Source: a virus
Lineage: Duplodnaviria > Caudoviricetes
Direction: 5' to 3' (one strand)
IMG/VR virus record: IMGVR_UViG_3300029914_000023
Coordinates: 908-64,907 of that record
DNA length: 64,000 nucleotides
The notes beneath the pieces were generated by a model that was given only the letters and a program-made list of their open reading frames with translations, had not been told where the DNA came from and ran no database searches. Below, one piece after another: positions 30,039-40,047 of this stretch; within the stretch, counting starts at the first letter, position 1; each line of letters begins with the position of its first letter. The position numbers were made by a program, and so were the translations under genes.

Positions 30039-30791
30039 TCAGTTCAGCCATTCCTTCTTTACCTCAGCCTCGCGTCTATAGATATTCACGGCACTTTCGA
30101 ACGCTCGATAGTCCCTCTCAATAGTTTCCTCTGGGAGGAGACGAGGCTCAACGATTCCGGTTTCTTTGTCAATACGAACAAGCCAGCGATGCGGAATCTT
30201 CTCACCGAACTCGTTCTCTAGCGCCCGCAGGTATGCAGCAGTCTGATAGGCGTAAGTAGAATGTAGAGACTTGCTAGTCTTCCAGTCTGGCACGGCCAGC
30301 ACTCCATTGATACGTGCGTACCAATCGCAAATACCAGCAACGCCAAGTTCCGGAATGTAGATTTGATGTTCAATTGCGATACTCTCCCACTTAACGGATT
30401 TGACCCACTGGAGAGCTGCCTCAGCAGAACGCCGAGCGTGTGGATCGGTAGGCCAGTCGGGGTCTTCGCCTTTGAGATAGCGTTCAACCCAATCGTGAGC
30501 GGTCGTACCGATTGATGCAGCTTCGTCGCGTGCAGCCTTCCATGCTGTCTTAGCTCCCATCAGAACGAACTCTGTGTCCTGTGGGTCTATGAAGCAAGGT
30601 TCCTCTGGCGAGGATGATTGCGGAAGGTTCGCCCGCGCGTAATCGACGGCACAATTAACGGCCCACTGCGTAATCGCGTCCCCTTTGGAGATCGCACCGA
30701 GTGCGGTCGTTACACCAAGCAGGCGTTTGCCATCGTAATAATGCCCGTGATTATTGGGATTGAATGTTAGAAGGGTTCTATCGTAGTTCAA
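30039..30791 (-). CDS. PD-(D/E)XK exonuclease
   Basis: GTTAH...E...AGICD...DWKTS...YQTAAY. Confidence 0.8.
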   Translation of the reverse strand: MNYDRTLLTFNPNNHGHYYDGKRLLGVTTALGAISKGDAITQWAVNCAVDYARANLPQSSSPEEPCFIDPQDTEFVLMGAKTAWKAARDEAASIGTTAHDWVERYLKGEDPDWPTDPHARRSAEAALQWVKSVKWESIAIEHQIYIPELGVAGICDWYARINGVLAVPDWKTSKSLHSTYAYQTAAYLRALENEFGEKIPHRWLVRIDKETGIVEPRLLPEETIERDYRAFESAVNIYRREAEVKKEWLN

Positions 30792-30808
30792 AGAAGCTTC
30801 CTTTTGAA

Positions 30809-31063
30809 TTATGCGGATGGCTCAACGATTTTATATCTTTGTATACAACTCGTGGGAATAATGAGAGGGCTAATCACACCGCCCGAATCTGAGCGGCCAG
30901 ATGTTATGGCAATAGCATCATCGTCTACGGAGACGACAAAGCCAACGGACTCAATCACTTTGGGCTGGGCTACGAGATCGTCGTAAACCCAGCCGTGAAG
31001 ATTGGCGGAATCGAACCAGACAAGATAGATAGTCTGGCCCTTCTCGGCTTGAATTGTTGTCAC
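30809..31063 (-). CDS. Hypothetical phage protein
   Basis: VWFDS...GW...SVGF pattern common in phage small proteins. Confidence 0.55.
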   Translation of the reverse strand: MTTIQAEKGQTIYLVWFDSANLHGWVYDDLVAQPKVIESVGFVVSVDDDAIAITSGRSDSGGVISPLIIPTSCIQRYKIVEPSA

Positions 31064-31070
31064 TCTTCAC

Positions 31071-31104
31071 CTATATTAGACGCAAGAGAGTGGACTTTTA
31101 CCCA
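31071..31104 (-). promoter_or_regulatory. Candidate phage-sigma promoter
   Basis: TGGGTAAAA-N13-CGTCTAATATAG directly upstream of 30809-31063. Confidence 0.65.
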
Positions 31105-31126
31105 CTTTACGCCAAAAAATTCCAAA

Positions 31127-32353
31127 CTATTCCTGCTCGTTCGTCCATCCCTCCGGGCCACAAGGCTGAAACAGTAGGCCATCGTACAGAACAAGAGAGC
31201 CGGGTCGGTCTGCGCCGCCCTCTGCTACTCGAACTCTCAGGATATTGCGCACCCGCTCGTTGATGATCTGGCCTTGGGGAACACGCCAAACATATCGTGT
31301 GCCCTGCACTCCAGTGCGGATGGTGTTACAGCGGATATGCGGGTCCCACTGACGACCAGACCGACCCCAGATAGTGACGTGAGAACCACGATCACCCGTA
31401 GGGAAGGGCTGCCAAGAACCCGCCTGAAGCGGTGTCCCTCTATCACGAACAGCTTGCCGCAATTCGGCCCGCTCTTCCGTAGTCGGAACTCGTGTTGGAT
31501 TGTTCGTGAAGGACATGTACAGTCCCTCAATCTCGAAGACAGTTGGAGACATTACTGTTGGTGTCTCCCGCTCCGCTCTAGCCGCATCCTCGCGGGCCTT
31601 CTCCTCCTTCCAATGAGGGTCTTCCTTCACCGGTTGTACTTTCCACACGTTCCGCAAGTCGCGGTCCGGCTTCACACTGAGCTTCTTCCCCAGCATACCG
31701 GCTCCGAGAATCCAGTCCACGTCGTCATCCTTGTGACGGAATCTCTCGAAGAACGCTTGCAACTTCTTGGAGGACGGCTCTAACGCCGAACCGAGAACGG
31801 CTCTGGGCGCTTCGGGGTCCACCATAATCAGCTTGGTGCCGATCAAGCACAGCTTCGTCACCCGCTGAGAGAACAACCACGAAGGCATAGTCCGATACTC
31901 GAAGTGACCATGCTCCGTGCGAATGTCGCCATAGTGTCCATACGTGCTACGCCGACGCTCAACGCACTCTGTCTGAGGCAGAATGTCCAGCCCCTCCAGA
32001 TGCTGCGTGAACAAATCCAATGCGTCACGTTGTGCCTTCGTACAAGAAGGCCGGTCCACATGAACGTGACCGCCAAGCGTGATAGTCCGCTCAGGTGCAT
32101 GAATCCACGCACCAGCCCGCCACTTCCCAGTCGGGGTGACGGTTGCAAAATCATTGAAGGAAACCTTGAGGTTCTGAATCAACTTGCGAACAGAGAACTC
32201 CGGCTTCGGGTGCGGCTCGATAACCCAGTTGCTGTGGTCCAGGCCCCACGGAACATTCATCTCCGGTCGGCCCGTGAACTGCTTGATGTGACCTTCCTCA
32301 ACCACGATGAACTCCGGGTCAGCACCCAGAAGGAAGTCATTTAACAAAGGCAT
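31127..32353 (-). CDS. phiEco32-like COOH.NH2 ligase type 2
   Basis: LGADPEF...E..P.P...GGHVH...R...YG..G..R...EYRT. Confidence 0.8.
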   Translation of the reverse strand: MPLLNDFLLGADPEFIVVEEGHIKQFTGRPEMNVPWGLDHSNWVIEPHPKPEFSVRKLIQNLKVSFNDFATVTPTGKWRAGAWIHAPERTITLGGHVHVDRPSCTKAQRDALDLFTQHLEGLDILPQTECVERRRSTYGHYGDIRTEHGHFEYRTMPSWLFSQRVTKLCLIGTKLIMVDPEAPRAVLGSALEPSSKKLQAFFERFRHKDDDVDWILGAGMLGKKLSVKPDRDLRNVWKVQPVKEDPHWKEEKAREDAARAERETPTVMSPTVFEIEGLYMSFTNNPTRVPTTEERAELRQAVRDRGTPLQAGSWQPFPTGDRGSHVTIWGRSGRQWDPHIRCNTIRTGVQGTRYVWRVPQGQIINERVRNILRVRVAEGGADRPGSLVLYDGLLFQPCGPEGWTNEQE

Positions 32354-32927
32354 GACGTAGCGTCCTCGTAATCCGCTCCCATTTACGCGAGAGTGTCTGT
32401 TGAGGAATCCCCAAAGTCTCAGATGCTTCCTGTTGGGTCTTCCCCTGCAAAGCAAGCTCCTCGAAAATCTCGTAGTCTTCCGTACTTAGAAGCTGCTCTA
32501 CTGTCAGCAGAACATCCATAAGCTCGGGACTGGAGTCCCCCGGAAGATCAAACCCCGGAACATCCAGAGAGACTTCTTTTCTCCGGCGCTCCAAACGGCG
32601 CTGATCGTACATGACCCCCATCATAATACGATGCACCCATGTAGTGAACAGGCTCTCCCCCCGGAACGTCTCCAGGTTCATCATCACCTTGTCCACCGCC
32701 TCCGTCAGCAAGTCCGGGTCCGACTTGCGAAGGATAACGTACATTACAGCCTGAGCGTGCTGCTCCAGAATGGTTCGCAACTCGTGCTCGATGGTCTCTT
32801 GAATGGGACCGCCGTCAGCCTTCTTGAGCCACTGGTCGTATAGATAGTTCTCAAGGTCGCGCCGGATGTCCTTAGAGTCCAGACCAGGATCGTCCGTAAG
32901 CACCGCCGACAGATTCGTAACATTCAT
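32337..32927 (-). CDS. ECF-type sigma-70 factor
   Basis: FRGESLFTTWVHRI (region 2); GKTQQEASETLGI (region 4 HTH). Confidence 0.85.
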   Translation of the reverse strand: MNVTNLSAVLTDDPGLDSKDIRRDLENYLYDQWLKKADGGPIQETIEHELRTILEQHAQAVMYVILRKSDPDLLTEAVDKVMMNLETFRGESLFTTWVHRIMMGVMYDQRRLERRRKEVSLDVPGFDLPGDSSPELMDVLLTVEQLLSTEDYEIFEELALQGKTQQEASETLGIPQQTLSRKWERITRTLRHAFVK

Positions 32928-33252
32928 CACAGACTCCCTCGACCCGGTGACTTGAGCACACGGGTAAGCCGCAGATGTCGCAGGCTTTAACAAACTTGTC
33001 AGACTGGCAACGAGCGCAAGATTCCTTGTCTACCGCAACGAGCACAGGACCATTGTTGATCCACTTCTCGAAGCACTGAAGGCAAGTCCACACGGGGTCA
33101 CGAGCCACGTAGTTGTTGTTGTAGATCGTGTAGTATGGAACCGGCTTCACGGTCCCATGCTCGGAGCAGATAATCAGGTGCTCCTCTCTCCCTTGCGAAT
33201 AGCGAGTAACCTCACCGTTCGCCTTGCAAAAGTGCGCGATGCGGAATGGCAT
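32872..33252 (-). CDS. Cys-rich zinc-finger protein
   Basis: Multiple CxxC pairs. Confidence 0.5.
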   Translation of the reverse strand: MPFRIAHFCKANGEVTRYSQGREEHLIICSEHGTVKPVPYYTIYNNNYVARDPVWTCLQCFEKWINNGPVLVAVDKESCARCQSDKFVKACDICGLPVCSSHRVEGVCDECYESVGGAYGRSWSGL

Positions 33253-33582
33253 TTATCGGCCCTCCGTGGGAGGGGTTTTACGCCTGGTGTTGCCGTTCAC
33301 CCACCGCACAGCATCCCGGTATTCCCGGTCAGCCATCGGGTTCTGAATCCGCAACTCCCGTAGATTTCCCGCCCCGTCACCAATGCTCTTTCGCATGGTC
33401 TGATACAGGAAGACGATGCGCTTCCGCCATCCACCTTCCGGCATCTTCAGGTTGCGCAGGGTGATACCGAAGTGGCCCTGCTTCTGGTAATACTCGTAGG
33501 ACGAAACCAGCTTGTAAAAGGCGGCTGGTCCTATGAAGATCGCTGTCCCCGTACTCAGGACGAAGTGCCGCTTGATACCCAT
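33253..33582 (-). CDS. Hypothetical protein
   Basis: GGAGGAG SD; lies within an inverted motif pair. Confidence 0.55.
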   Translation of the reverse strand: MGIKRHFVLSTGTAIFIGPAAFYKLVSSYEYYQKQGHFGITLRNLKMPEGGWRKRIVFLYQTMRKSIGDGAGNLRELRIQNPMADREYRDAVRWVNGNTRRKTPPTEGR

Positions 33583-34099
33583 GAACTCCTCCGATTGTTT
33601 CAGGGCCTGGTAACTAGAAGACCCACTAGATCAGCGACTGCCACGCCTCAGCGGACAGATACGCCTTTACACCAGGCCCCAAACCCCTCGATCAGAACGT
33701 CACTGCACTAATTAGCACAGCGGATGCCAGCCAGTACAGACTGTGCCGGATGTCCCCGGCGAATCCGTAGCGGAGTGAAGCCGCCGCGCTCAGGGCTATC
33801 ATGCAGCACGGAAAGAACTTATCGCTCAGAAGTAACATTCGTGTCCTCACTCCCACTTCTTTCAATCGAGACAACAGGAGAGGTACTGATGAGCCGGTAG
33901 GTTGCGCCCTCGATATACGGAGGCGCTGTGATGTTAACACGGCATCCCACTTCGATCTCGCTGACATAGATGAAAGGCCCGCTGGTAGACCGAAGGTCGA
34001 AGGTTCCGTCGTTGTCGTGTCCGGCTTCCAGTTGGGTCCAAGTCTTGTTGTCATAGTCGATCTCGTAGGTGCTCTCGTGCTCAGTCTTGAAGACAGTCT

Positions 34100-34873
34100 T
34101 CATGCTTCCCTCACGGGGCAGCCGTTCGCAATCCAGCGGACGACTCGATTGGTGAGCTTCACGATACAACTGCGATGCTCGTCAGACACACCGGGAGCGG
34201 AGTTGACTTCCAGTACAGTCGCGTGAACGTCCGTATGCTGTTCATCTTCCCACTTGCCCAGCACATCAACCGCGCCGAAGTCCAAGCCAAGTGCAGCCAC
34301 GGCCCGCTTGGATACGTCTCGTACACTCTCGGGGATGTCATCCGTACCGAGTGCATGGAACGTCCAACCGTTCGCGCGGTTCCTTCCAAACTTGGTGTTG
34401 TTCTCCGGCTCCGTTAGCCGCTTCTCGTACACCGCGAGTACCCTTTTGCGATACACCCAGACCCGGTACTCCGTGTCGGAATCGACGATGGGAGTGAAGA
34501 ACTCGCGGCCCTTTGCCACAGCCAGTGCAACCTGTCGGGCATTCTTGCAGACGCGGATGTCCTTCCCCTTGGCGTGCTTGATCTTGCGACCGACCACCGG
34601 AAGTGATGCCACGATGCGGTCAGTCTCGTTGGCTGGGATGATGATGAGAGACTCTTCATTCCCAGCAAATTCACGGAACAAGGCAACGCCCTGCTCCATC
34701 TTGTTCCTGGAAGTGCAGCGAGCATTCAATGCAGGCTGCGGACCGGTGTAGCCAACGCCGTAGCAAACCACAGCGTTGGGTTCAGGAATGTTCTCGGCTT
34801 GCAACTTCTCACGGACAAGACGTTCAAGCATCTGGCCCGTAACCCGAGCGGCCTTCGCAACACGGAATTCCAT
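34100..34873 (-). CDS. ATP-grasp ligase (RimK/YheC-like)
   Basis: EYRVWV...ALGLDFGAVD...VLEVNSAPG. Confidence 0.85.
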   Translation of the reverse strand: MEFRVAKAARVTGQMLERLVREKLQAENIPEPNAVVCYGVGYTGPQPALNARCTSRNKMEQGVALFREFAGNEESLIIIPANETDRIVASLPVVGRKIKHAKGKDIRVCKNARQVALAVAKGREFFTPIVDSDTEYRVWVYRKRVLAVYEKRLTEPENNTKFGRNRANGWTFHALGTDDIPESVRDVSKRAVAALGLDFGAVDVLGKWEDEQHTDVHATVLEVNSAPGVSDEHRSCIVKLTNRVVRWIANGCPVREA

Positions 34874-35925
34874 TACGCCCCCAGTGATCCACCGCAGTCA
34901 GCACAGGTAAGCGACTTCCACGGGAGACCCTTCTCGTTCTGGTTACCCTTGCCACAAGCAGGACATTTCACCACCGCACCCTTGAGTGCCAGATCGGGTG
35001 TGGCGGTTTGGGTAGGGTTCAGCCGCACAGCAGCCGGACCTATCACGGTGCTCGTGGTGGTCGTGGCGGTTGTCGTTGTGGTAGCCTTCGCTCGCTTTGC
35101 ATCCCGCTTGGCGGTCCGCATCTTCGAGTGGTAGCTCTCGCGTCCCTTGCTGTAGTCCGGCTGCCGGTAGTACGTGCAGGTGCTGAACTTCGAGTGGAAC
35201 TCAATCTCGTTCGCGCCGAACACCCACGCGGTATCGTCAGGCAGACTGCCAACACTTACGTTGGCTTTGGTGTCTTGCACCCAGATGCCCCGGATCAACC
35301 GGAACGGCTTGCACGCCTTGATGATAGCTTGGGCCTCGGAAGCCCAATACAACTTGTCGCCGTCATCCGTGAAGCCAAAGCACAGCGGAGAACCGCTACG
35401 CGCCAGCATCAACTTGTCAGGATAGCGGGTAGAGATAGCAGCAATGGCCGCGGATCCCGCCATCTTGTTCAACTCCCGGACACCCTTCTCGTCCATGCCG
35501 TGCTCTGCGATAATAGCCCGGATGATGTCCGAGTCAGTCTCACACGAGCGTTCGTATTTGCCCTGCGTGAACAAATACGTGTGGTTGTTGATGCAGCCGT
35601 TATGCACGACCGCCGTCTCCCCATCCCACATCGGATGATTGTTCTCGTTGACTTCCGGACTTCCAACCGTATACCAACGAGTATGCAGCAACGCAGTCCG
35701 AGTGTTCTCGGTCAGGTGTTGGGTAAGGAAGTCCTCAAACTCTTTGGACTTCGTAAACTTCCACGCAGGCTCAGGAGCCTTGAAGACGTGGATTCCATCG
35801 GGGTTCTCCAGTGCAATACCGGTCGCGTGCTGCCCTCGATGCTCGATGGAGCACAGAAGGAGCACCAGTTCTTCACCGGTTATCGGAGTCGTCCCGAATC
35901 TCCGCACTCCAGCGATTCCACACAT
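34873..35925 (-). CDS. Class II glutamine amidotransferase
   Basis: MCGIAG, RG..ATG, HTR, NNHP, HNG, ETDSD. Confidence 0.9.
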   Translation of the reverse strand: MCGIAGVRRFGTTPITGEELVLLLCSIEHRGQHATGIALENPDGIHVFKAPEPAWKFTKSKEFEDFLTQHLTENTRTALLHTRWYTVGSPEVNENNHPMWDGETAVVHNGCINNHTYLFTQGKYERSCETDSDIIRAIIAEHGMDEKGVRELNKMAGSAAIAAISTRYPDKLMLARSGSPLCFGFTDDGDKLYWASEAQAIIKACKPFRLIRGIWVQDTKANVSVGSLPDDTAWVFGANEIEFHSKFSTCTYYRQPDYSKGRESYHSKMRTAKRDAKRAKATTTTTATTTTSTVIGPAAVRLNPTQTATPDLALKGAVVKCPACGKGNQNEKGLPWKSLTCADCGGSLGA

Positions 35926-37418
35926 TAGTAAGTCCTCCAGGTTCGCGCTTCCGCAACCTTCTTTTTGGTCTCAAGCCACTTCGCCATCGAGTCCTTCTGC
36001 ACGCTCTCCACTGTCCACAGAGGGAACAGTCCAGAGTTCACAAGAATCGCCCGGAAGCCGGAGATAGTCTGAGCCTGACACAGGGGCTTTGGTACGGTGA
36101 TCGCGGTGCCGTTCTCCCGATCCATACCCTTGCTCGAAATGAAAACGTGGGGGTAGTACCGGCGCAGCAACTCTTTGTCTGAGGGGGACCAAAGGGCTGG
36201 CAACTTTCCGGTGATCTTGAACTCACCCGCGTTGTTATAGTCCCAATAGATGTCCATGTCCCGGTGCCCAACCAAGTTGTGCAGCAGGTCTCCGAAGCCG
36301 GACCGACGCCCCGGATTAACATGCAAAGGCAGCCACTTGTAGCCCGCGCTCTTTGGAATGGCTGACTGGAAGTTCGGCGGAAATGTCTGGAACGTCAACG
36401 GGATACCCATCAACAAATGGTTCCGCATCTCCGCAATCTCGTCGGGGTCCGGCTGGATGCACGCAGGCAGAATCATCTCGGCCTCGTCATTCGTCAAACC
36501 CCGGTCCCTGGGGATGCCCCAGCTAGGCGCAAAGTCCGCCTCGTAATCGAATACAAACGGAGCATCCCCACTTCTCGTAAGAAGATGGTACAAAATGTAC
36601 GCATCGTCGTCCCGGCCCTTGTACAGCTTGGCCAGTCCGCGAAGCAGATTCCTTGCCGTTGCTTCCGGCGTCTTCTCTTTCCAGCTAGTCGTAATCTCCG
36701 GATCAAGGATAGCCAGCTTCGACGTACATACAGCTATAAAAGCGGTGGTAGGCGATTGAAGCCATGACGGAAGACTCCGGTACTCATACCCATGCTTCTG
36801 AATACGGAAGTCTCCGGGCAATCCATAAGGAGCATTGTGAAATTGATCTCCTCGCATCCGTCGATCCCATTCGCGCACCGGGAACAGCCCGCTGGTCTTG
36901 AGCACGCGAGCGAGTCCGTCGAGAGCGGCGACTTCTTCGGTTCTAGTAGGACGCTTCCGACCAAAATGGACATGCCCTCCCATCCCATCTCCGGCGAAGT
37001 ACGCACCGGCTCTCCACAGGAAAGCACCCGCCCGAGCATTATACACTCGGTACAGCCAGCGCAACTCGGTCAGGATACTTGCCACATGCTCCACAACTGA
37101 GGGGGAGGGCCAAGGGCGAAGCTCCACAAGCCGTTCATTCTGGTCCGCGCCAGCCGCCAGTCCCACCCTGAGACCGCAGCTTGCCGCTTCAATGCGATTC
37201 CCATCGTTGTCCCGGAAGCAAAACTCCGGGTCGGAACCTACACAAAAGTGGTTGAGATACCTTCCTGTGGCAGTGAAGGTTGAGGGCGACAGCAGTGGTT
37301 CGTGAGTCATGGCCCAAGAAGCCATCGCCTGATCCCGTGATGTAACGATCTCGGGGTTCTCACCCATCAAGATAGCCCGCAAGAAAGTCTGTCTGTTCAT
37401 TGGAGTTACGCTCTCCAC
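35925..37418 (-). CDS. phiEco32-like COOH.NH2 ligase type 2
   Basis: VGSDPEF, ELRP, GGHVHFG, GYEYRSL. Confidence 0.8.
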   Translation of the reverse strand: MESVTPMNRQTFLRAILMGENPEIVTSRDQAMASWAMTHEPLLSPSTFTATGRYLNHFCVGSDPEFCFRDNDGNRIEAASCGLRVGLAAGADQNERLVELRPWPSPSVVEHVASILTELRWLYRVYNARAGAFLWRAGAYFAGDGMGGHVHFGRKRPTRTEEVAALDGLARVLKTSGLFPVREWDRRMRGDQFHNAPYGLPGDFRIQKHGYEYRSLPSWLQSPTTAFIAVCTSKLAILDPEITTSWKEKTPEATARNLLRGLAKLYKGRDDDAYILYHLLTRSGDAPFVFDYEADFAPSWGIPRDRGLTNDEAEMILPACIQPDPDEIAEMRNHLLMGIPLTFQTFPPNFQSAIPKSAGYKWLPLHVNPGRRSGFGDLLHNLVGHRDMDIYWDYNNAGEFKITGKLPALWSPSDKELLRRYYPHVFISSKGMDRENGTAITVPKPLCQAQTISGFRAILVNSGLFPLWTVESVQKDSMAKWLETKKKVAEARTWRTY

Positions 37419-38452
37419 TCAGCGTCAGGTTCGATGCCTAGTTCTTGTGCTAGATAGAAGTCCGCGTACATATTCCGCGCCCTCGCAAGTTCTTCTCTCT
37501 GATGATTGCGGGCTTCCTCTTGCTGTGCTCTCTCCACCGCGTTGCGCTGGTTGACGAATTCATTTAATCCCCAGCCGATTGCCGTGCCTACCGCACCTTC
37601 CGTGGGCATCTGCTGCACCTGAATCGGATCACCCCACGCGCCTAAAGCATTGGCGGTGAAGTAAACCTGTTGCCCTCGGGCCTCGGGAACCACCTGTTGT
37701 AAGGTCTGCGCTGGCATTGCCCCAGGCGGAGCCGGAGCGGTCTCAATGTCCATAGCTACCGGTGGAACCGTGGGTGTCGGTGGAAACATGGCCTCAACGT
37801 CCATCGGCCTCGGCATTCGTCCAGTCGGCGGGAACGGCGTAGGTACTGCCCGTTCTCTCGCTCGGCGTTGTCTCCGATTCGGCGGAGGCTGCGGAGTCAC
37901 CGGAGGTAACGTCCATCGTCCTACGCACTTACGGTCGATGAACTCCGCAATCTCTACATACTCATCCTCGGTAAACCACCTACGACCCAGCCGAGCATGA
38001 ACCGCATCTCGCGTCATTTTGCGAGCCTTCTCTTCCCACGCGGTGTCCTTCCAGAACCGATTCGTATACGCGGGGATTCCATCCACCACGATAGACTCGC
38101 GGTCCAACATCGCAAGGGTCCGGCCCACTCTGCCGAGATAGTCCCAGAACAACTGGGGCATCGGGAAGTACAGATCAGCAAATGTGCTGGCCTGATTCAA
38201 ACCGCCGCCCCGCAACTCCCGCACAACCCCATTCTGATCGAACTCAGTGATGATGAGATTATTCACATTGCCACCGACACGGAGGAACCGGCGTCCCACC
38301 AAATCCTTCAAAGAAGGAACCGGCTTCCCCACATACTCGAAGTTCAGATTCCCACGAGTCGTCCTGATCCGCATTCTCGTAGGATAGGCTCCCGGAAAAG
38401 GACGTGGGGCAGGAGACACGCCGGAAAGCCGCTCGAATTTTTCGTAGCTCAT
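37406..38452 (-). CDS. Hypothetical protein, Pro-rich linker
   Basis: 348-aa ORF in operon. Confidence 0.55.
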   Translation of the reverse strand: MSYEKFERLSGVSPAPRPFPGAYPTRMRIRTTRGNLNFEYVGKPVPSLKDLVGRRFLRVGGNVNNLIITEFDQNGVVRELRGGGLNQASTFADLYFPMPQLFWDYLGRVGRTLAMLDRESIVVDGIPAYTNRFWKDTAWEEKARKMTRDAVHARLGRRWFTEDEYVEIAEFIDRKCVGRWTLPPVTPQPPPNRRQRRARERAVPTPFPPTGRMPRPMDVEAMFPPTPTVPPVAMDIETAPAPPGAMPAQTLQQVVPEARGQQVYFTANALGAWGDPIQVQQMPTEGAVGTAIGWGLNEFVNQRNAVERAQQEEARNHQREELARARNMYADFYLAQELGIEPDAEWRA

Positions 38453-38463
38453 CGCGTACCATC

Positions 38464-39072
38464 CTACTCAGAACCTTGGAAAAACGTCTGCACATTCTTC
38501 ACAGACTTCGCAGCCCGTGCAGTGTCTTCCTTCTCTAGTTCCTCTTTGGTGATCGCCATCTCAAACTCGAAGGCGTCCGGGTTGTGACGCTCCCAAATGT
38601 ACATGCAATTCTCATCGCACACTGGAACGTCGTTGTAGTCCTGATCCACCTTGATCTTATCGATAGGCTGCTCGCAGATGGCGCATAGCCCATCCTTGAC
38701 CATCTTCTTTAGCGTCAAGCTAATCGCCTTGTAGCAAGCGATGTGCTCCGAACGCTTCGAGCCGGTCTCAGCAACCTCACCGCAATAGCGGCAGATCACC
38801 CGCTCCTTATCATCCACTAGGAAGAAGAAGCGACGAAGATACGGAGTGCTCTCAAATAGATTCACTCCGTCTGCAACCTTGGTATGGCAAGTCGTTGAAA
38901 CGCATGAGCTAATCACACGCGAAGCATCGGCTTCCTTCTTGTCGGGGGTGACAACCTTACCTTTGTCATCCAGGATCACCCCTTCCCATTTGGGGAGTCG
39001 ATGACTGGTCGGGTACACCTTCTGGTGTAGCAGCGGAATCGGTACTCTCAACGCTTTGTACGGCTCAGTCAT
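38464..39072 (-). CDS. Cys-rich hypothetical protein
   Basis: AGGAG SD; CxxC motifs. Confidence 0.55.
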   Translation of the reverse strand: MTEPYKALRVPIPLLHQKVYPTSHRLPKWEGVILDDKGKVVTPDKKEADASRVISSCVSTTCHTKVADGVNLFESTPYLRRFFFLVDDKERVICRYCGEVAETGSKRSEHIACYKAISLTLKKMVKDGLCAICEQPIDKIKVDQDYNDVPVCDENCMYIWERHNPDAFEFEMAITKEELEKEDTARAAKSVKNVQTFFQGSE

Positions 39073-39089
39073 CTCGTCTCCTAATCCTG

Positions 39090-39690
39090 ATGGGGGCATC
39101 AACCCTCTCCGACAGAGAGCATATATCCCCCGTGGCAGTACAGGTGCTTTTTGCGTGCAAAGCGCACATTACGGAGAGCATGGGATTGGCCATTCCCACT
39201 CCTGTAGTGTAGGTACTTGGGGCACATGAGAGCGCCGCTTTCCCCTCAACTCCGTCTAAGCCCGAGAGGTCCCGAGCCTAGAATTTTTTGGTTCACTGAA
39301 GTTGTCGTCCGATTCGATGCTCCTCAGCACCGCAGTCAAACTGATTCCAGTGTCCCAAGTAGCTGCGAGTGATATTCGTCAGTAACCCGGTGTTCATCGC
39401 AGCATCTCATCAAAACTTATTGGAGGAGCCTCGCAGAAGCGTGTCCTCAAAGCTCACCCTCGGCAATCGCCCGAATGTGTAGTAGCAGCATGTTATGCAG
39501 GAGCCTATCCTTCGGTAGTTGAAAGACGCAATGCTTTCGTTAACCTACGCAGACCTCTCCTAACAGAGACTTTACTTGCCACACCCATCTTATCACCGGA
39601 GCGTAGATTCCTAACCCATTGTATAATCAATGTTTGACCCCAACAGGCACCAGTCATGAATCGCTTTGGCGTGTCGCTCTGAATACTCCT
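39090..39690 (-). ncRNA. Candidate large structured ncRNA (~600 nt)
   Basis: No minus-strand ORF of 60 aa or more; many complementary segments. Strand inferred from flanking genes. Confidence 0.5.
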
Positions 39691-39696
39691 CCAATC

Positions 39697-40047
39697 TTAT
39701 TCTGCCCAGCGTCCGTCGTAGTTCTCCCAACTTTGCCAGCCACGGCGATAGTTGGGATACGACGGTATCCCCCGCTCAGCAGTTACCTTGTCCTCGGCAG
39801 TATCCGCACGCAAATCAGTGAGACAGGACTTCTTGCCGCAGTACAGGTAAGAATCTGAAGACTTCGTTGTCACTGGCGCACCACACGCGCACTTGTGACT
39901 CGTCACGATAATTCCACGCCCCTTACACAGGGAGCAAGTTGAGAACAGCCCCGTGTGTGGGGAGAATACTCGACCATTTGCACACACGGAGCACCGTTCA
40001 TATTCGTACTTTACTTCGTCGGAAGCCGCCTGCATAACGCTCTCCAC
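39697..40047 (-). CDS. DnaJ-type zinc-finger small protein
   Basis: CxxCxxG...CxxCxGxG. Confidence 0.55.
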   Translation of the reverse strand: MESVMQAASDEVKYEYERCSVCANGRVFSPHTGLFSTCSLCKGRGIIVTSHKCACGAPVTTKSSDSYLYCGKKSCLTDLRADTAEDKVTAERGIPSYPNYRRGWQSWENYDGRWAE

